A stretch of 64,000 nucleotides of DNA from Eledone cirrhosa (lineage: Eukaryota): the NCBI GenBank assembly GCA_964016885.1, contig OZ024746.1:18476001-18540000 (forward strand), given 5' to 3'. Each line of letters opens with the position of its first letter. The stretch's first letter is position 1. The notes under the pieces are model-generated. The model had not been told where the DNA came from. It made no database searches and worked only from the letters and a program-made list of their open reading frames with translations. The position numbers and the translations under genes are program-made. This document shows, piece by piece, positions 25,828 through 38,600 of the stretch.

Positions 25828-25858
<31 letters not shown>

Positions 25859-28800
25859 TATAGGTGTAAAACCCCTAGATAGTGAACTGCCATTATTCTT
25901 TATTAGATTTGACAGTGTATGCATGTTTTTTCTCTTTCCAAAAATTGTTGGTTTTAAATTACAGTTATTAGTGGAAACAACAGTAAAGATGTGCTTTCAA
26001 AAAATTGCTGGTTTTAAGTTACAATTGTTAGTTTAAACAACAGTAGAGATGTGCTTTCAAAAGCTTTCTGGCATAAAACAAAAACCACATAAATGGAGAA
26101 TTGCAGCAAGCTTATCTTTCATCTGACACAAGAAAAAGCACTCAGCCCACACTGTAAGGTGGTCATGCTGGTGACATGGCAAAAAGCACTTGGTACACAC
26201 TGTAAGGTGATTGTGTTGGTGATACAACAAAAAGCACCCAGTCCACCCTGCAAGGTGGTGATGCTGGTGACACAACAAAAAGTGCCCAGTTTACCCTGTA
26301 AGACTGGTCGTTTTGGTGCCACAATAAAAAGCACCCAGTTCACACTAATGTGGTTGGTGTTAGGAAGGGCATCCAGCTGTAGAAACCAAGCCCAAAATAC
26401 AGATTTGTATGAGCAAGATGTGGTCTCTTGACCAGACTTGTCTCATAACATGCAAGCATCGTTATGATGGTGATAATGATGATGATGATAGAAACTGCTT
26501 ACCTTTTCAATGTCATTAAGGCCTTTTCTGATGAATGACAAATCTTTCTCAAGTTCAGTAAAACTGAAAAATACAGCAAACATTTCAGATCACTAAAATA
26601 AAGTACATATTCTTCTAAACGAAAATATAATAAATGGTTAATTGGCTATATACTAATTAGTAGAATAAATAAAACATAAGGCAACAGCCAAAATGGATTT
26701 CTTAACTCATTGAAGTGGGAAATTATATTTTTATGCTGGCATAAACTGGATAGGCTTATATAAGTTTATTTCTCAATATCCATACCTTGTCAGATGGTCG
26801 TGTTGATAACATGACAAAAAGTACCCAATACACCCTGTAAAGTGGTTGTGCTGATAACATGACAAAAAGTACCCAATACACCCTGTAAAGTGGTTGTGTT
26901 GATAACATGACAAAAAGTACCCAATACACCCTGTAAAGTGGTTGTGTTGATAACATGACAAAAAGTACCCAATACACCCTGTAAAGTGGTTGTGCTGATA
27001 ACATGACAAAAAGTACCCAATACACCCTGTAAAGTGGTTGTGTTGATAACATGACAAAAAGTACCCAATACACCCTGTAAAGTGGTTGTTTTGGTGACAT
27101 GACAAAAAAAAGCACCCAGTCCAACCTGTCTTTGCTTTTCATCCTTTCAAGGTTGATAAAAAAAAGTACTAGTCTAATACTGGGATCAATTTTTCCTCTA
27201 TATCTCTTTTTCACTTCCTCTCTCTCTCTCACTATCCTTCTCATGAAGAAATATGCTGTATTCAAACCTGGAGAAGAGATGGGCTCCACCAGGCTTAAAA
27301 TACCCAAGAAACACCTTATACTACTGCAGCACCTCCCTCTATAACTCCATCAGAAATGCCAACCCTTACCCATGGTCATGAATGTTGGGTAATGACCAGA
27401 AGAATATGACTGCGAATACAAGTGAGCAAATGGGGTCCCTTTGATTAACAGATGCATGAAAACAGAATGAAATGTTACAAATAATTAAAGATCAAAGATG
27501 ACTTACTTGACTTTGGAAGCAATTCGAACATGACTTAAATCTTCTTCAAGACTGGTAACGTCTGGAAACTTGACAGATATAGAAATATTAAAACATTAAT
27601 TCATCTTGATAATACTCTAATTAATTTAAACAATTATACTCAATTTTAATAAAAATTACACACAGAGGGATGAAATGGGATTTGAATTCAAAACATAGAA
27701 TTTAAATTTAAAACCAGTAAAATATTTTATTCAACTATCGTCATCATCATCGTTAACGTCCATCTTCCACGCTAGCATGGGTTAGACGGTTTTGTTCCAT
27801 TTGATGCAGGAATGATCGAGAGACCATGTCTTGCTCGCACGGAAGCGTCTCTGGCAGGTTGTTTTACAGCTGGATGCCCTTCCTAACACCAACCACATTT
27901 ACAGTGTGGACTGGGAGCCTTTTCACCGTGTCTCCTACACGGCCACCTTACAGTGTGGACTGTTGTGTCATTGACATATATATATATATGTATATATATA
28001 TACACCATACATACATGTGGACCTCCAGAGATTGACTGATGAGAATGGACTGTCCTGTGTTTGTTTTTGCTTCTTCACCCACCTTTTTCTGAATTAATTC
28101 TATAAGATCTTAGCCATGCAAGACATTTTTTCAAATGGGATTTCTGGAAGTTATCCATAATCCTCAGCTCAAATGTTCTCCTGAAAAGACTGTTCGGTTC
28201 GACTTTGTCAGCTCCCAGACCCTCTTCGAGTATGTCGTCGCACTTGCCCACCATTAATCCTATAGAACTCGAGAGTGGAAGTTCCACTGGCCGCATTTCC
28301 TGCGTCTGGCAACATTCCAGATGCCAGGCACCCAGTCTCAGTCTCTTCTTGACCCAGGACTGCAGCTCAAGCAAAGAGACAAGCTACAGAAAGGCCTGCC
28401 TCACAAACAGCGACCACATCTGTTTACTACTTAGTTAGAATATCTAGAGATGCCATACCCGGTCCGGTAAGAGTTATGAGTCCGTCATCTCTATACAGGC
28501 CCTTCTGAGAGCAGGAAACTTTTCTATTAGTTTCTGGAGTATATACAAGCCTATCAGGTCTGTAGCCCCTGCCGAGTTGGTTGCTCCCATACTCACATCA
28601 AAGCATGTTGGGGCCCTTTTTATCCAAGTGGAGTTTTCAACAAAAAAAAAAAAATAAATAAAAAACAAACAGGACTATCTTCATGGCATGCTGAATTATG
28701 TCAATTACCTGATCAACTTCCACAATATGAGTTGATGGCTATTTTCATTAGTTTCCACACACACACTTGACTTAAGAGTTCAAATAACATTCCTCAATGA

Positions 28801-29632
28801 CTATAGGTGCCTCTCTCAGAAATCAACACCAATTATTAAAATCTGTGTGATAACGAAATGCCATATCATCATCATCACCTTCATTGTTTTTACATCCATT
28901 GATCCATGCTTGCATGGGTCCTTTTCAGCATAGCATCTGTCCACTCACCATATTCCTTCATCATCTCCTCTGAGTTTGTATATATTTATATAAATTTACA
29001 GCAGAGTGTGGGATGGGAGGAGGTACTTTGTGACAGTACAATAGCAACAGTGAGACAGCATGGTCTTATCTGATGGGTAGAGACAGCATTGGTCTTATGT
29101 GAAGAGTAGAGACAGCTTTGGTCTTATGTGATGGGTAGAGACAGCTTTGGTCTTATCTGATGGGTAGAGACAGCATTGGTCTTATCTGATGGGTAGAGAC
29201 AGCATTGGTCTTATGTGAAGGGTAGAGACAGCTGTAGAGACAGCATTGGTCTTATGTGAAGGGTAGAGACAGCATTGGTCTTATGTAAAGGGTAGCCAGT
29301 TTGTAACTCATTATTAGGGAAAGTTTCGGGGTTGATAAAATAAAGTACCAGTAATGCACTGGGAATTTGCTGGCCTTGTGCCAAAAGTAAAAACAATTAT
29401 TAGGGAAAGACATTAAACTACACTTGTCCTTTTCCTTGGCAGTGGAATAAATAATTGTTTCTACTTTAGGCACAAGGCCAGCAATTATCCAGTACATTAC
29501 TGGTACTTTATTTTATCGACCCCGTAAGGATGAAAGGCAAAGTTAACCTCAGCGGGATTTGAACTCAAACCGTAAAGGGACGTAACTATGCTGGAAAGCA
29601 TGGCGTCCAGCCCTCTACCGATACTGCCAATC

Positions 29633-29667
<35 letters not shown>

Positions 29668-32600
29668 AGATAAAGTGAAAGATGAAGGCAACTATAAGAA
29701 AGGTGAAAAGAAAGATGATTGTAATAATGTAGAGATGAGAAGAAGAATGAGTGTAACTATGTAGAGATGTTGAGAGGCGAGAGTAAAGCTATATAAAAAC
29801 CAAGGAGAAAAATGAGAGGTTGACGAAGGGGAGAGAAAGAGGGAGATTTTTTGTATTTATTTTATCATGGTGAGTATACTTACTTTTTTCTCAAAAGTCT
29901 CAAGGAGATAATGTAATAAGGTAAGGTTTTTATTAATACTAGATTTGGTATCAATAATTTTGTTTAAGCTGGTAAGTTTGAAACCACTGGCATTCCCTCG
30001 TTGTCCTCGGTTCATGTAATTACCATACGCTAGGACAATTTCAAGTAGTTTCTTTAATTTCTTGCTCCGGAAAACTTCTTTAGATGCTTCTGTAACGCCT
30101 GGTGAAAAAAACAGAGAAAAATGATATACACACACACACAAGAATACTCAAGCCTTTCATTAAAGTGTGTTGCTGTCTGTGTAACACAAAATATTTTCTG
30201 GCTTACAACAGAAGTATTTGTATACATTAGTTATTCCTGAAGACGCGTAGTTTAGTGGTTAGAGAATTAGATTCATAATTGTGAGGTTGAGTTTGATTCC
30301 CACATTGGGTAATGTATTATGTCCTTGAGCAAGACACTTTATTCTCATGTTGTTCCTTCTGCCAGGAGTTGCAACCAATAGATAGTATCAGCAATGGAAA
30401 GACCAATGGAAACATTGTTTCCTTGGTCTGATTTGACGAGTTCCACCTCACTTGGTAAGACAACGAGGTCTGTGTTCTCGTCAATTTAGATCATTGTCAC
30501 CATTATTAGTTATTTTTAGTGGGGATTTTACAAATCTTCCACATAGATATTGTAGATTATTCTTTGTAGGTAGAAGAGAATTCTCTTCCTTTCATCTTGG
30601 CAGACATGTTGATATTTTACATCTATCTCTGGTGATACCATATAGTTCATTGACCTCTCAAATACTTGCATATGTGTATATATTCACATGTATATATAGG
30701 TGGCATTGCAGATTAACTTGACAATGGGTTGACACAACTGCTCGTTAGCAGAGAAATCTATGGATATGCAGGTGTGGTGAGCTGCATATATTCTATCCAT
30801 TAGAAAAAGCAAAATGAATGCTTTGCCTTTGATGGAGTGATGACTCAACAAGAAGATATAGATATTTTTACATTTTTTTTGTCACATATTTTTCAATTTA
30901 TACACAAGTATATAAGATACCACTCTACTAAGATTATGTCACTGTATAAAAGTGGATTGGCAGTATCGATAGAGGGTCGGACGCCATGCTTTCCAGCATA
31001 GTTACATCCCTTTACGATCTGAGTTCAAATCCTGCCGAGGTTGACTTTGCCTTTCATCCTTACGGGGTCGATGAAATAAAGTACCAGTAACGCACTGGGT
31101 AATTGCTGGCCTTGTGCCTAAAGTAGAAACAGTTATTTCTAAACACCTAGTAGAAATTATTTATGTAAAAGATCCCATAACTACTTGTGGAGTCATAGAG
31201 GCAACATCAAACAGCATATCTAGGGCACTTTTAAACCTGGCAGAGCCCAACCATTTCCAGGTCTGAACACAGCCAATTTTTTTCTATAGAGGAAGAATTG
31301 ACCCCAGTACTGGAATGGTACTTTTTTTTTTTTATCGACCTCGAAAGAATGAAAGGCAAAGTTAACCCTAGCAGGATTTGAACTCAGAGCGTGCAATGAG
31401 GTGGAACGAATACCGTAAAGCATTCTACCCAACGTCTTAATGACTGCCATTTGTTTACATACCTACTTTCAATTTTAGGTTTATGTACCTACCTTCAATT
31501 TTAGGTTTACAATCAGAGATTCTCTCCTGGAACTTCTTCTTGAAATATAAGGCTTTTAACCTTTGTTCATAATGAACAATCCTATTAAAATAAATCAATC
31601 ACATGAAAACAAATCAATAAAAACTGGCATTTCAATATTTCTATATACATTCTTATTAATGTTATTTCTTCTACTCAGAATTACAAAGAGAAGCCAAGCT
31701 GGTGGAAAGGACAAAGCACAGAATTAGAGATGAACTTATAAAAGTTCAACATAATTGCAATATTATGCAATTATGATTACAATAGCTTGTTATATCATAA
31801 TCACCATTTAACATCATGAGACAAGTCTGGCCAGTTGGTTGCGCTATACTTTGCTCAAATGATTGAGTTTTTTTACAGCTGGATGCCTTTCCTAACATCA
31901 ACCACAATTACAGTGTGGGACTGGGTGGTCCTATTACGAGGTGAGTCTGACCAGTTGGCCACATCGTACCTTGCTCATAATATGACCATCTTTTGGCTGG
32001 GCTTTTACAGTATATATATACATATATACATACATGGCAATGTCTGCTGCAAAGGAAGACTTCACTGTGTCTATATAAGAAGTAACAATATACAATTTTC
32101 ATTTTTTATGAAACAAATCCATTGTAAAAAAACATTTAACAAGAAAATGTTTCAACATTTAAATGATTTAAAAAATTACTTCTTTCATTAAAGCACAGAG
32201 ATAGTAGATTACACAAAAAAGAGGATATGTGGATATACTTTTTGTAAAATCATATTAAGAGTTACAAAGTTGTTCATTAAGAGCTACATGCCTGTCCGTT
32301 AAGCGCTACATGCCTGTCCGTTAAGCGCTACATGCCTGTCCGTTAAGAGCTACATGCCTGTCCGTTAAGAGCTACATGCCTGTCCGTTAAGAGCTACATG
32401 CCTGTCCGTTAAGAGCTACATGCCTGTCCGTTAAGAGCTACATGCCTGTCCGTTAAGAGCTACATGCCTGTCCGTTAAGAGCTACATGCCTGTCCGTTAA
32501 GAGCTACATGGCTGTCCGTTAAGAGCTACATGGCTGTCCGTTAAGAGCTACATGGCTGTCCGTTAAGAGCTACATGACTGCTCGTTAAGAGCTACATGAC

Positions 32601-35600
32601 TGCTCGTTAAGAGCTACATGACTGCTCGTTAAGAGCTACATGACTGCTCGTTAAGAGCTACATGACTGCTCGTTAAGAGCTACATGACTGCTCGTTAAGA
32701 GCTACATGACTGCTCGTTAAGAGCTACATGACTGCTCGTTAAGAGCTACATGACTGCTCGTTAAGAGCTACATGACTGCTCGTTAAGAGCTACATGACTG
32801 CTCGTTAAGAGCTACATGACTGCTCGTTAAGAGCTACATGACTGTTCGTTAAGAGCTACATGACTGTTCGTTAAGAGCTACATGACTGTTCGTTAAGAGC
32901 TACATGACTGTTCGTTAAGAGCTATATGACTGTTCGTTAAGAGCTACATGACTGTTCGTTAAGAGCTACATGACTGTTCGTTAAGAGCTATATGACTGTT
33001 CGGTAAGAGTCACATGGTTGTTCATCTATCAATAATGGCTGCCTAATGAAGCTGAAATACCAGAAAACTAACAAAAACAGAACATTACAGCAATATCAAC
33101 CTTAGTGTTAGAGTAAAGCCATGGGGTCATAACATGTAGGGGAGATGTAGTGTTGGAGTAAATCCAGGGAACCATAACATGTAGGGGAGATGTGATGGTA
33201 GAATAAACCCATGTAATTTATGTAAGAATGGGAAAATGGATGGAAATATTTGACATCTCTAAAAAGGTTACTAACTTAGTGTTACTTACTTGCCCATTTC
33301 GAAGAGAAATCTGTCAGCTCGAGCCATTTGGTCGATCTCATGGCTGTGTTCTGACAACAGTTGGCTCTCCTCAGGTGTCGGTACAAATTTCAGCAGCTAA
33401 AACCAAATAGACATTTAATAAAATTAACGCTTATCATTATCTTTACTACTCAAAACTATATGTTGGACCTTTATTTTAATAAGATGGTTTATTTTCCCGA
33501 TTGAAGATTTGTAGTAATAAAGTAATGAACAAACTCATTAATTATTTTTGATGGTCTTATCTCCTGAGTGTTTTGTTGTTTGTTTATTGATGACTTTGTT
33601 TTCAGGGTGTATTATTTACGTATAGGGACATTCAGTGATTCTTTGTGTTTGTTTTAGGATCTAGGTGTATCTACATTCAGATTTAGGTGTTTCATGATCC
33701 TATTTGCTTATTTACATATTACTCCTACTGCCCACAGTTGTGAACTGTACTTCTCACAGCTTAGTCATTTAAAAGAAATATATCATAGAGCAGCAAGTTT
33801 TTATGGGGGGGGGGGGGGGGGGGGCATATAACAGGCAGTTATAGGATAGGAACCATCAATCCTTCACCATTCCTCTCTCTAGAATCAAGAAAATAAGTGC
33901 CATCAATAAATTACAACCAGCTTCAATATTTAACAAACATCTAGAGATTAGATGGATGGATGGATGGTCCCGTAACTCCAAGGAGAATCATAGGGGTGCC
34001 ATATTGACATACAGCATTTGTAGGGTATTTCTAAACATGTCGGAGCCCATCTCCTCTCCAAGTCTGAATATAGCAGATTTCTTCCAGAAAAGGGTAGAGA
34101 GTGAGAGAATGGAAATGAGAAAGTGATATAGAGGAAAAATTGACCCCAGTAGAAGACTGGTATAGAAGAAAGGCAAAGGTGACCTCGACAGAGAAATGTA
34201 CAAAATATTTTAACCCCCGCCTCCCAGTAATTGTTGAAGATTATTTGTTTCCAAAGACTAATAAAGTAATAAAGTAGATCAGGCACTAACAGCTGATGTA
34301 GTATTACTAAGGCATCATTCAAGGGTTTCAAATTTTAATTCCACCTCCAGTTACTGAGAGACTGTTGAATGGGAAAAGTATGAAACATTTTAGAATAACC
34401 TTTTTAACTTTTCTCTCAGACACTATCTAGCATCATGTGGTTAAGAATGCTGTAAAGACTAACTCTAATGAAGGTAAAATGGCTGAATGTACAACTGTTG
34501 GATGATACTATATGTACCATCAATATAATTGTTTCTACTTTTGGTACAAGGCCAGCAATTAACCCAGTGCATTACTGGTACTTTATTTTATTGACCCCCG
34601 TAAGAATTAACCTTGGCGGGAAAGGGTCATAACAATGCTGCAAAGCATGGTGTCCGACCCTCTACCAATACTGCCAATTGGTCATTTCACTTGCTTATAT
34701 CATACATATATTTAACTGTTTACTATATCTATATGTTAGTTTATCAGTGATTACATATGTTAATGGTTACGTTTTTCAGAACAGCACTCAAATATAATTA
34801 CCTCAATGAGTATTACTTTGCAAGAAAACATATATCCTGCATTGTTGTAGGTTTTCAAAGGACCAACCAAAGTGGTGTGAATTACAATCAATTCTAAATC
34901 ATGACAAGAAGAATTCAGAAATATAGTTACCTGCTCTAGCATATCCTTTGGAAGATCTTCCTGTTCATCCATGTTTAAAATTGCTGTAGCTAATTCATCA
35001 TTAGTTAACTTCAGTTTGGATAGTAAAATGGTACAATTTTGTGCACGACGACCGTCTACAACAGACAATTCTTTGGCTTTCAACTTGGTGTTCTGGCTCT
35101 TATCCTCTTCATCTTCAAGTTGTCCACCTTTTCTCTGGTATGCTGAGAATGTCTTTTCAAAATCTTGTAAATCCAGGGTTTTATACATCTGCAATGATTG
35201 CCAATGAAATCATTTTGACATAAAGCAAAAGTGAAATAAAAAATACAAAAAAACCATGAGTACAAGTTTTTAAAGAATTCAAAAGAACAATAAAATAACT
35301 TCTTAATACTATTAGTGATAGTACATTGCTAACACTAAGTGATAGTACATTGCTAACACTAAGTGATAGTACATTGCTAACACTAAGTGATAGTACATTG
35401 CTAACACTAAGTGATAGTACATTGCTAATACTAAGTGATAGTACATTGCTAATACTAAGTGATAGTACATTGCTAACACTAAGTGATAGTACATTGCTAA
35501 TACTAAGTGATAGTACATTGCTAACACTAAGTGATAGTACATTGCTAACACTAAGTGATAGTACATTGCTAATACTAAGTGATAGTACATTGCTAACACT

Positions 35601-38600
35601 AAGTGATAGTACATTGCTAATACTAAGTGATAGTACATTGCTAACACTAAGTGATAGTACATTGCTAATACTAAGTGATAGTACATTGCTAACACTAAGT
35701 GATAGTACATTGCTAATACTAAGTGATAGTACATTGCTAACACTAAGTGATAGTACATTGCTAATACTAAGTGATAGTACATTGCTAACACTAAGTGATA
35801 GTACATTGCTAATACTAAGTGATAGTACATTGCTAACACTAAGTGATAGTACATTGCTAATACTAAGTGATAGTACATTGCTAACACTAAGTGATAGTAC
35901 ATTGCTAATACTAAGTGATAGTACATTGCTAACACTAAGTGATAGTACATTGCTAACACTAAGTGATAGTACATTGCTAATACTAAGTGATAGTACATTG
36001 CTAACACTAAGTGATAGTACATTGCTAATACTAAGTGATAGTACATTGCTAACACTAAGTGATAGTACATTGCTAATACTAAGTGATAGTACATTGCTAA
36101 CACTAAGTGATAGTACATTGCTAATACTAAGTGATAGTACATTGCTAACACTAAGTGATAGTACATTGCTAACACTAAGTGATAGTACATTGCTAATACT
36201 AAGTGATAGTACATTGCTAACACTAAGTGATAGTACATTGCTAATACTAAGTGATAGTACATTGCTAACACTAAGTGATAGTACATTGCTAATACTAAGT
36301 GATAGTACATTGCTAATACTAAGTGATAGTACATTGCTAATACTAAGTGATAGTACATTGCTAATACTAAGTGATAGTACATTGCTAATACTATCAGTGT
36401 TAGTATAGTCCTAATACTATACGCGGTAGAATACTGATAGTGCCGGAGAATTTATATTTCATAAAAGTTTGTAAAGGCAAAAATTACATTGACTTAGCCT
36501 TGAAAAAGAGAAAAACAGAGGTTTTCATAGCAAATAGGAAATAAAAGAGGTGGAGTGATGTGGGGGAGAGAAGGGAAAAGTGTCAATAGTGTGTGTGTAT
36601 GTTTGTGGGGGGTTTAGTAGTGTGGTAGGGGGTGTCAGTAGTGTGGGAGGGGTGTTAATAGTGTGGGGGTGGGAGCTACATGATGTTAGGGTAAGTAAAG
36701 TGAAGTGAGTTGAAATGGGAAGGTGGTAGTGAGGTCCTGGTCAAGAGACAAGTGGGAAGAGAAGACAAAAGAGGCAATGGACATAAGGATACAATAGCAG
36801 AGACACAGGGGATGGGGGTAGAGGAGGAGGGAGAAGGAAAGAGGATGGAAGGGGGAGGAGGATGGAAGAAGGATGGAGGAGGATGGATGAAGGATGGGGG
36901 ATAGAGGAAGGAGGAGGATAGGGGATGGAGGAGGATGGAGGAAGGAGGAGGATGGGGGAAGGAGGAGGCTGGGGGAAGGAGGAGGCTGGGGGATGGAGGA
37001 GGATGATGGATGAAGATGGGGGATGGAGGAGGATGATGGATGAAGGAGGAAGATGGGGGATGGAGGAGGGAGGGGGATGGAAGAGGGAGGAGGATGGAAA
37101 GTGAAATGAATCAGAAGTAAAGAATTAGTAGAATATGAGACAAGTAAAGAAAAGAGAGTAGTTGTTTCTACTTTTGGCACAAGGCCAGCAATTACCCAGT
37201 GTATTACTGGTACTTTATTTTATCGACCCCATAAGGATGACAGGCAAAGTTAACCTCGGCGGGATTTGAACTCAGAATGGCAAGGGCCGTAACTCTATGC
37301 GTCAAAGCATGGCGTCCGACCCTCTACCGATACTGCCAATCCACTGGCCATAGAGCTAGCCCAAAGAAAAGAGAGTAATGAACTTTAAAGGGTGATTGGA
37401 ATTGAAGAGAAAAAATGTAGTGTAGAAAAGAGAGGCACAATATAATTGTTTCTGCTTTTGGCACAAGGCCAGCAATTACTGGTACTTTATTTTATTGACC
37501 CCGTAAAGATGAAAGGCAAAGACATCCTCGGCGGGATTTGAACTCAGTCCATAAAGGGACGTAACTCTGCTGGAAAGCATGGCGCCTGACTCTCTAATGA
37601 TTAGACAAAGGTATTGGTGACTTGCCTTCTTATTTGACAAAGATTTTCACATGTCATTAACAGTAATGTTAACAACATCAAATATGGCCAAATTTAGTTG
37701 AAGAGGAAGAGAGGATATTATCCTCAGTCCAGAGAGCTAGCCCAAATGTTTGCAATGAGATTGACTCCAATAAAAGCATCCGGGAACGAGATGGTTGTGT
37801 TAAATGGGTTACATTCAGATTTAATGTCACTCAACAATGGAAAAAACCCAATGTTTCTTTGGTCTGATCGGCCCCTTTCCTTTCCTTCAACAGATGTAAC
37901 CAATTTAAATGCTAAGATGTTAAGCATGTTTGAAATTTCATGATAGCTGAAATATGAAAAATGTTTTAAATCTTATAAATAGAATTCCTACCTTTGCTTC
38001 ATCAATGCTGGTCCAAATGGAGCCATTTAATTTGGCCTGCAACAGACAGGGGTTCAATAGAAAACAAAAATCAATATAAAACATCAATAGAAATAAATAA
38101 ATAGAAAACTTTTGAATAAAACTAAAATATAATTGTTTTTACTTTTGGCACGAGGCCAGCAATTACCCAGTACATTACTGGTACTTTATTTTATCGACCC
38201 CGTAAGGAAAATGAAAGACAAAGTTAACCCCGGCGGGATTTGAACTCAGACCATAAAGGGACATAACTATGCTTGGAAAGCATGGAGTCCGACTCTCTAC
38301 CGATATTGCCAATCCACAATACTAATTTCTTTCCACTAAGTATAAAGCAAGATTTTGTAGAAGAGAGTATAGAGTTGATGAGAAAATTCTTGGAATTTAT
38401 ATTTTATTGATTTCAATAGGAAGAGGCCTTGGAAGAGTTTTACCACAGACTGCAGAAAAATATGAAAGGTATTTCATTACTGCCAGTGTAAACTTTGCAT
38501 GAAGCTGCATAGCCTAATGGTTAGGATGCTTTACATATGATCATAATGTTGTTGGTTCAATTCCTAGACTGGGTTATGTGTTGTGTTCTTGAACAAAATA

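Noticed and set aside
26795-33020. Tandem arrays as CRISPR-like
   Set aside because: No unique spacers, eukaryotic intronic context, and no cas genes.
35312-36408. 356/360-aa ORFs on both strands (MYYHLVLA)n / (LTLSDSTL)n
   Set aside because: 24-bp minisatellite translation with no splice or coding support.
36686-37180. Pro/Ser-rich minus-strand ORF as a possible extra FH1 exon of DAAM
   Set aside because: It lies after the start of FH2, derives from a GGA low-complexity tract plus a SINE end, and the flanking exons join in frame without it.
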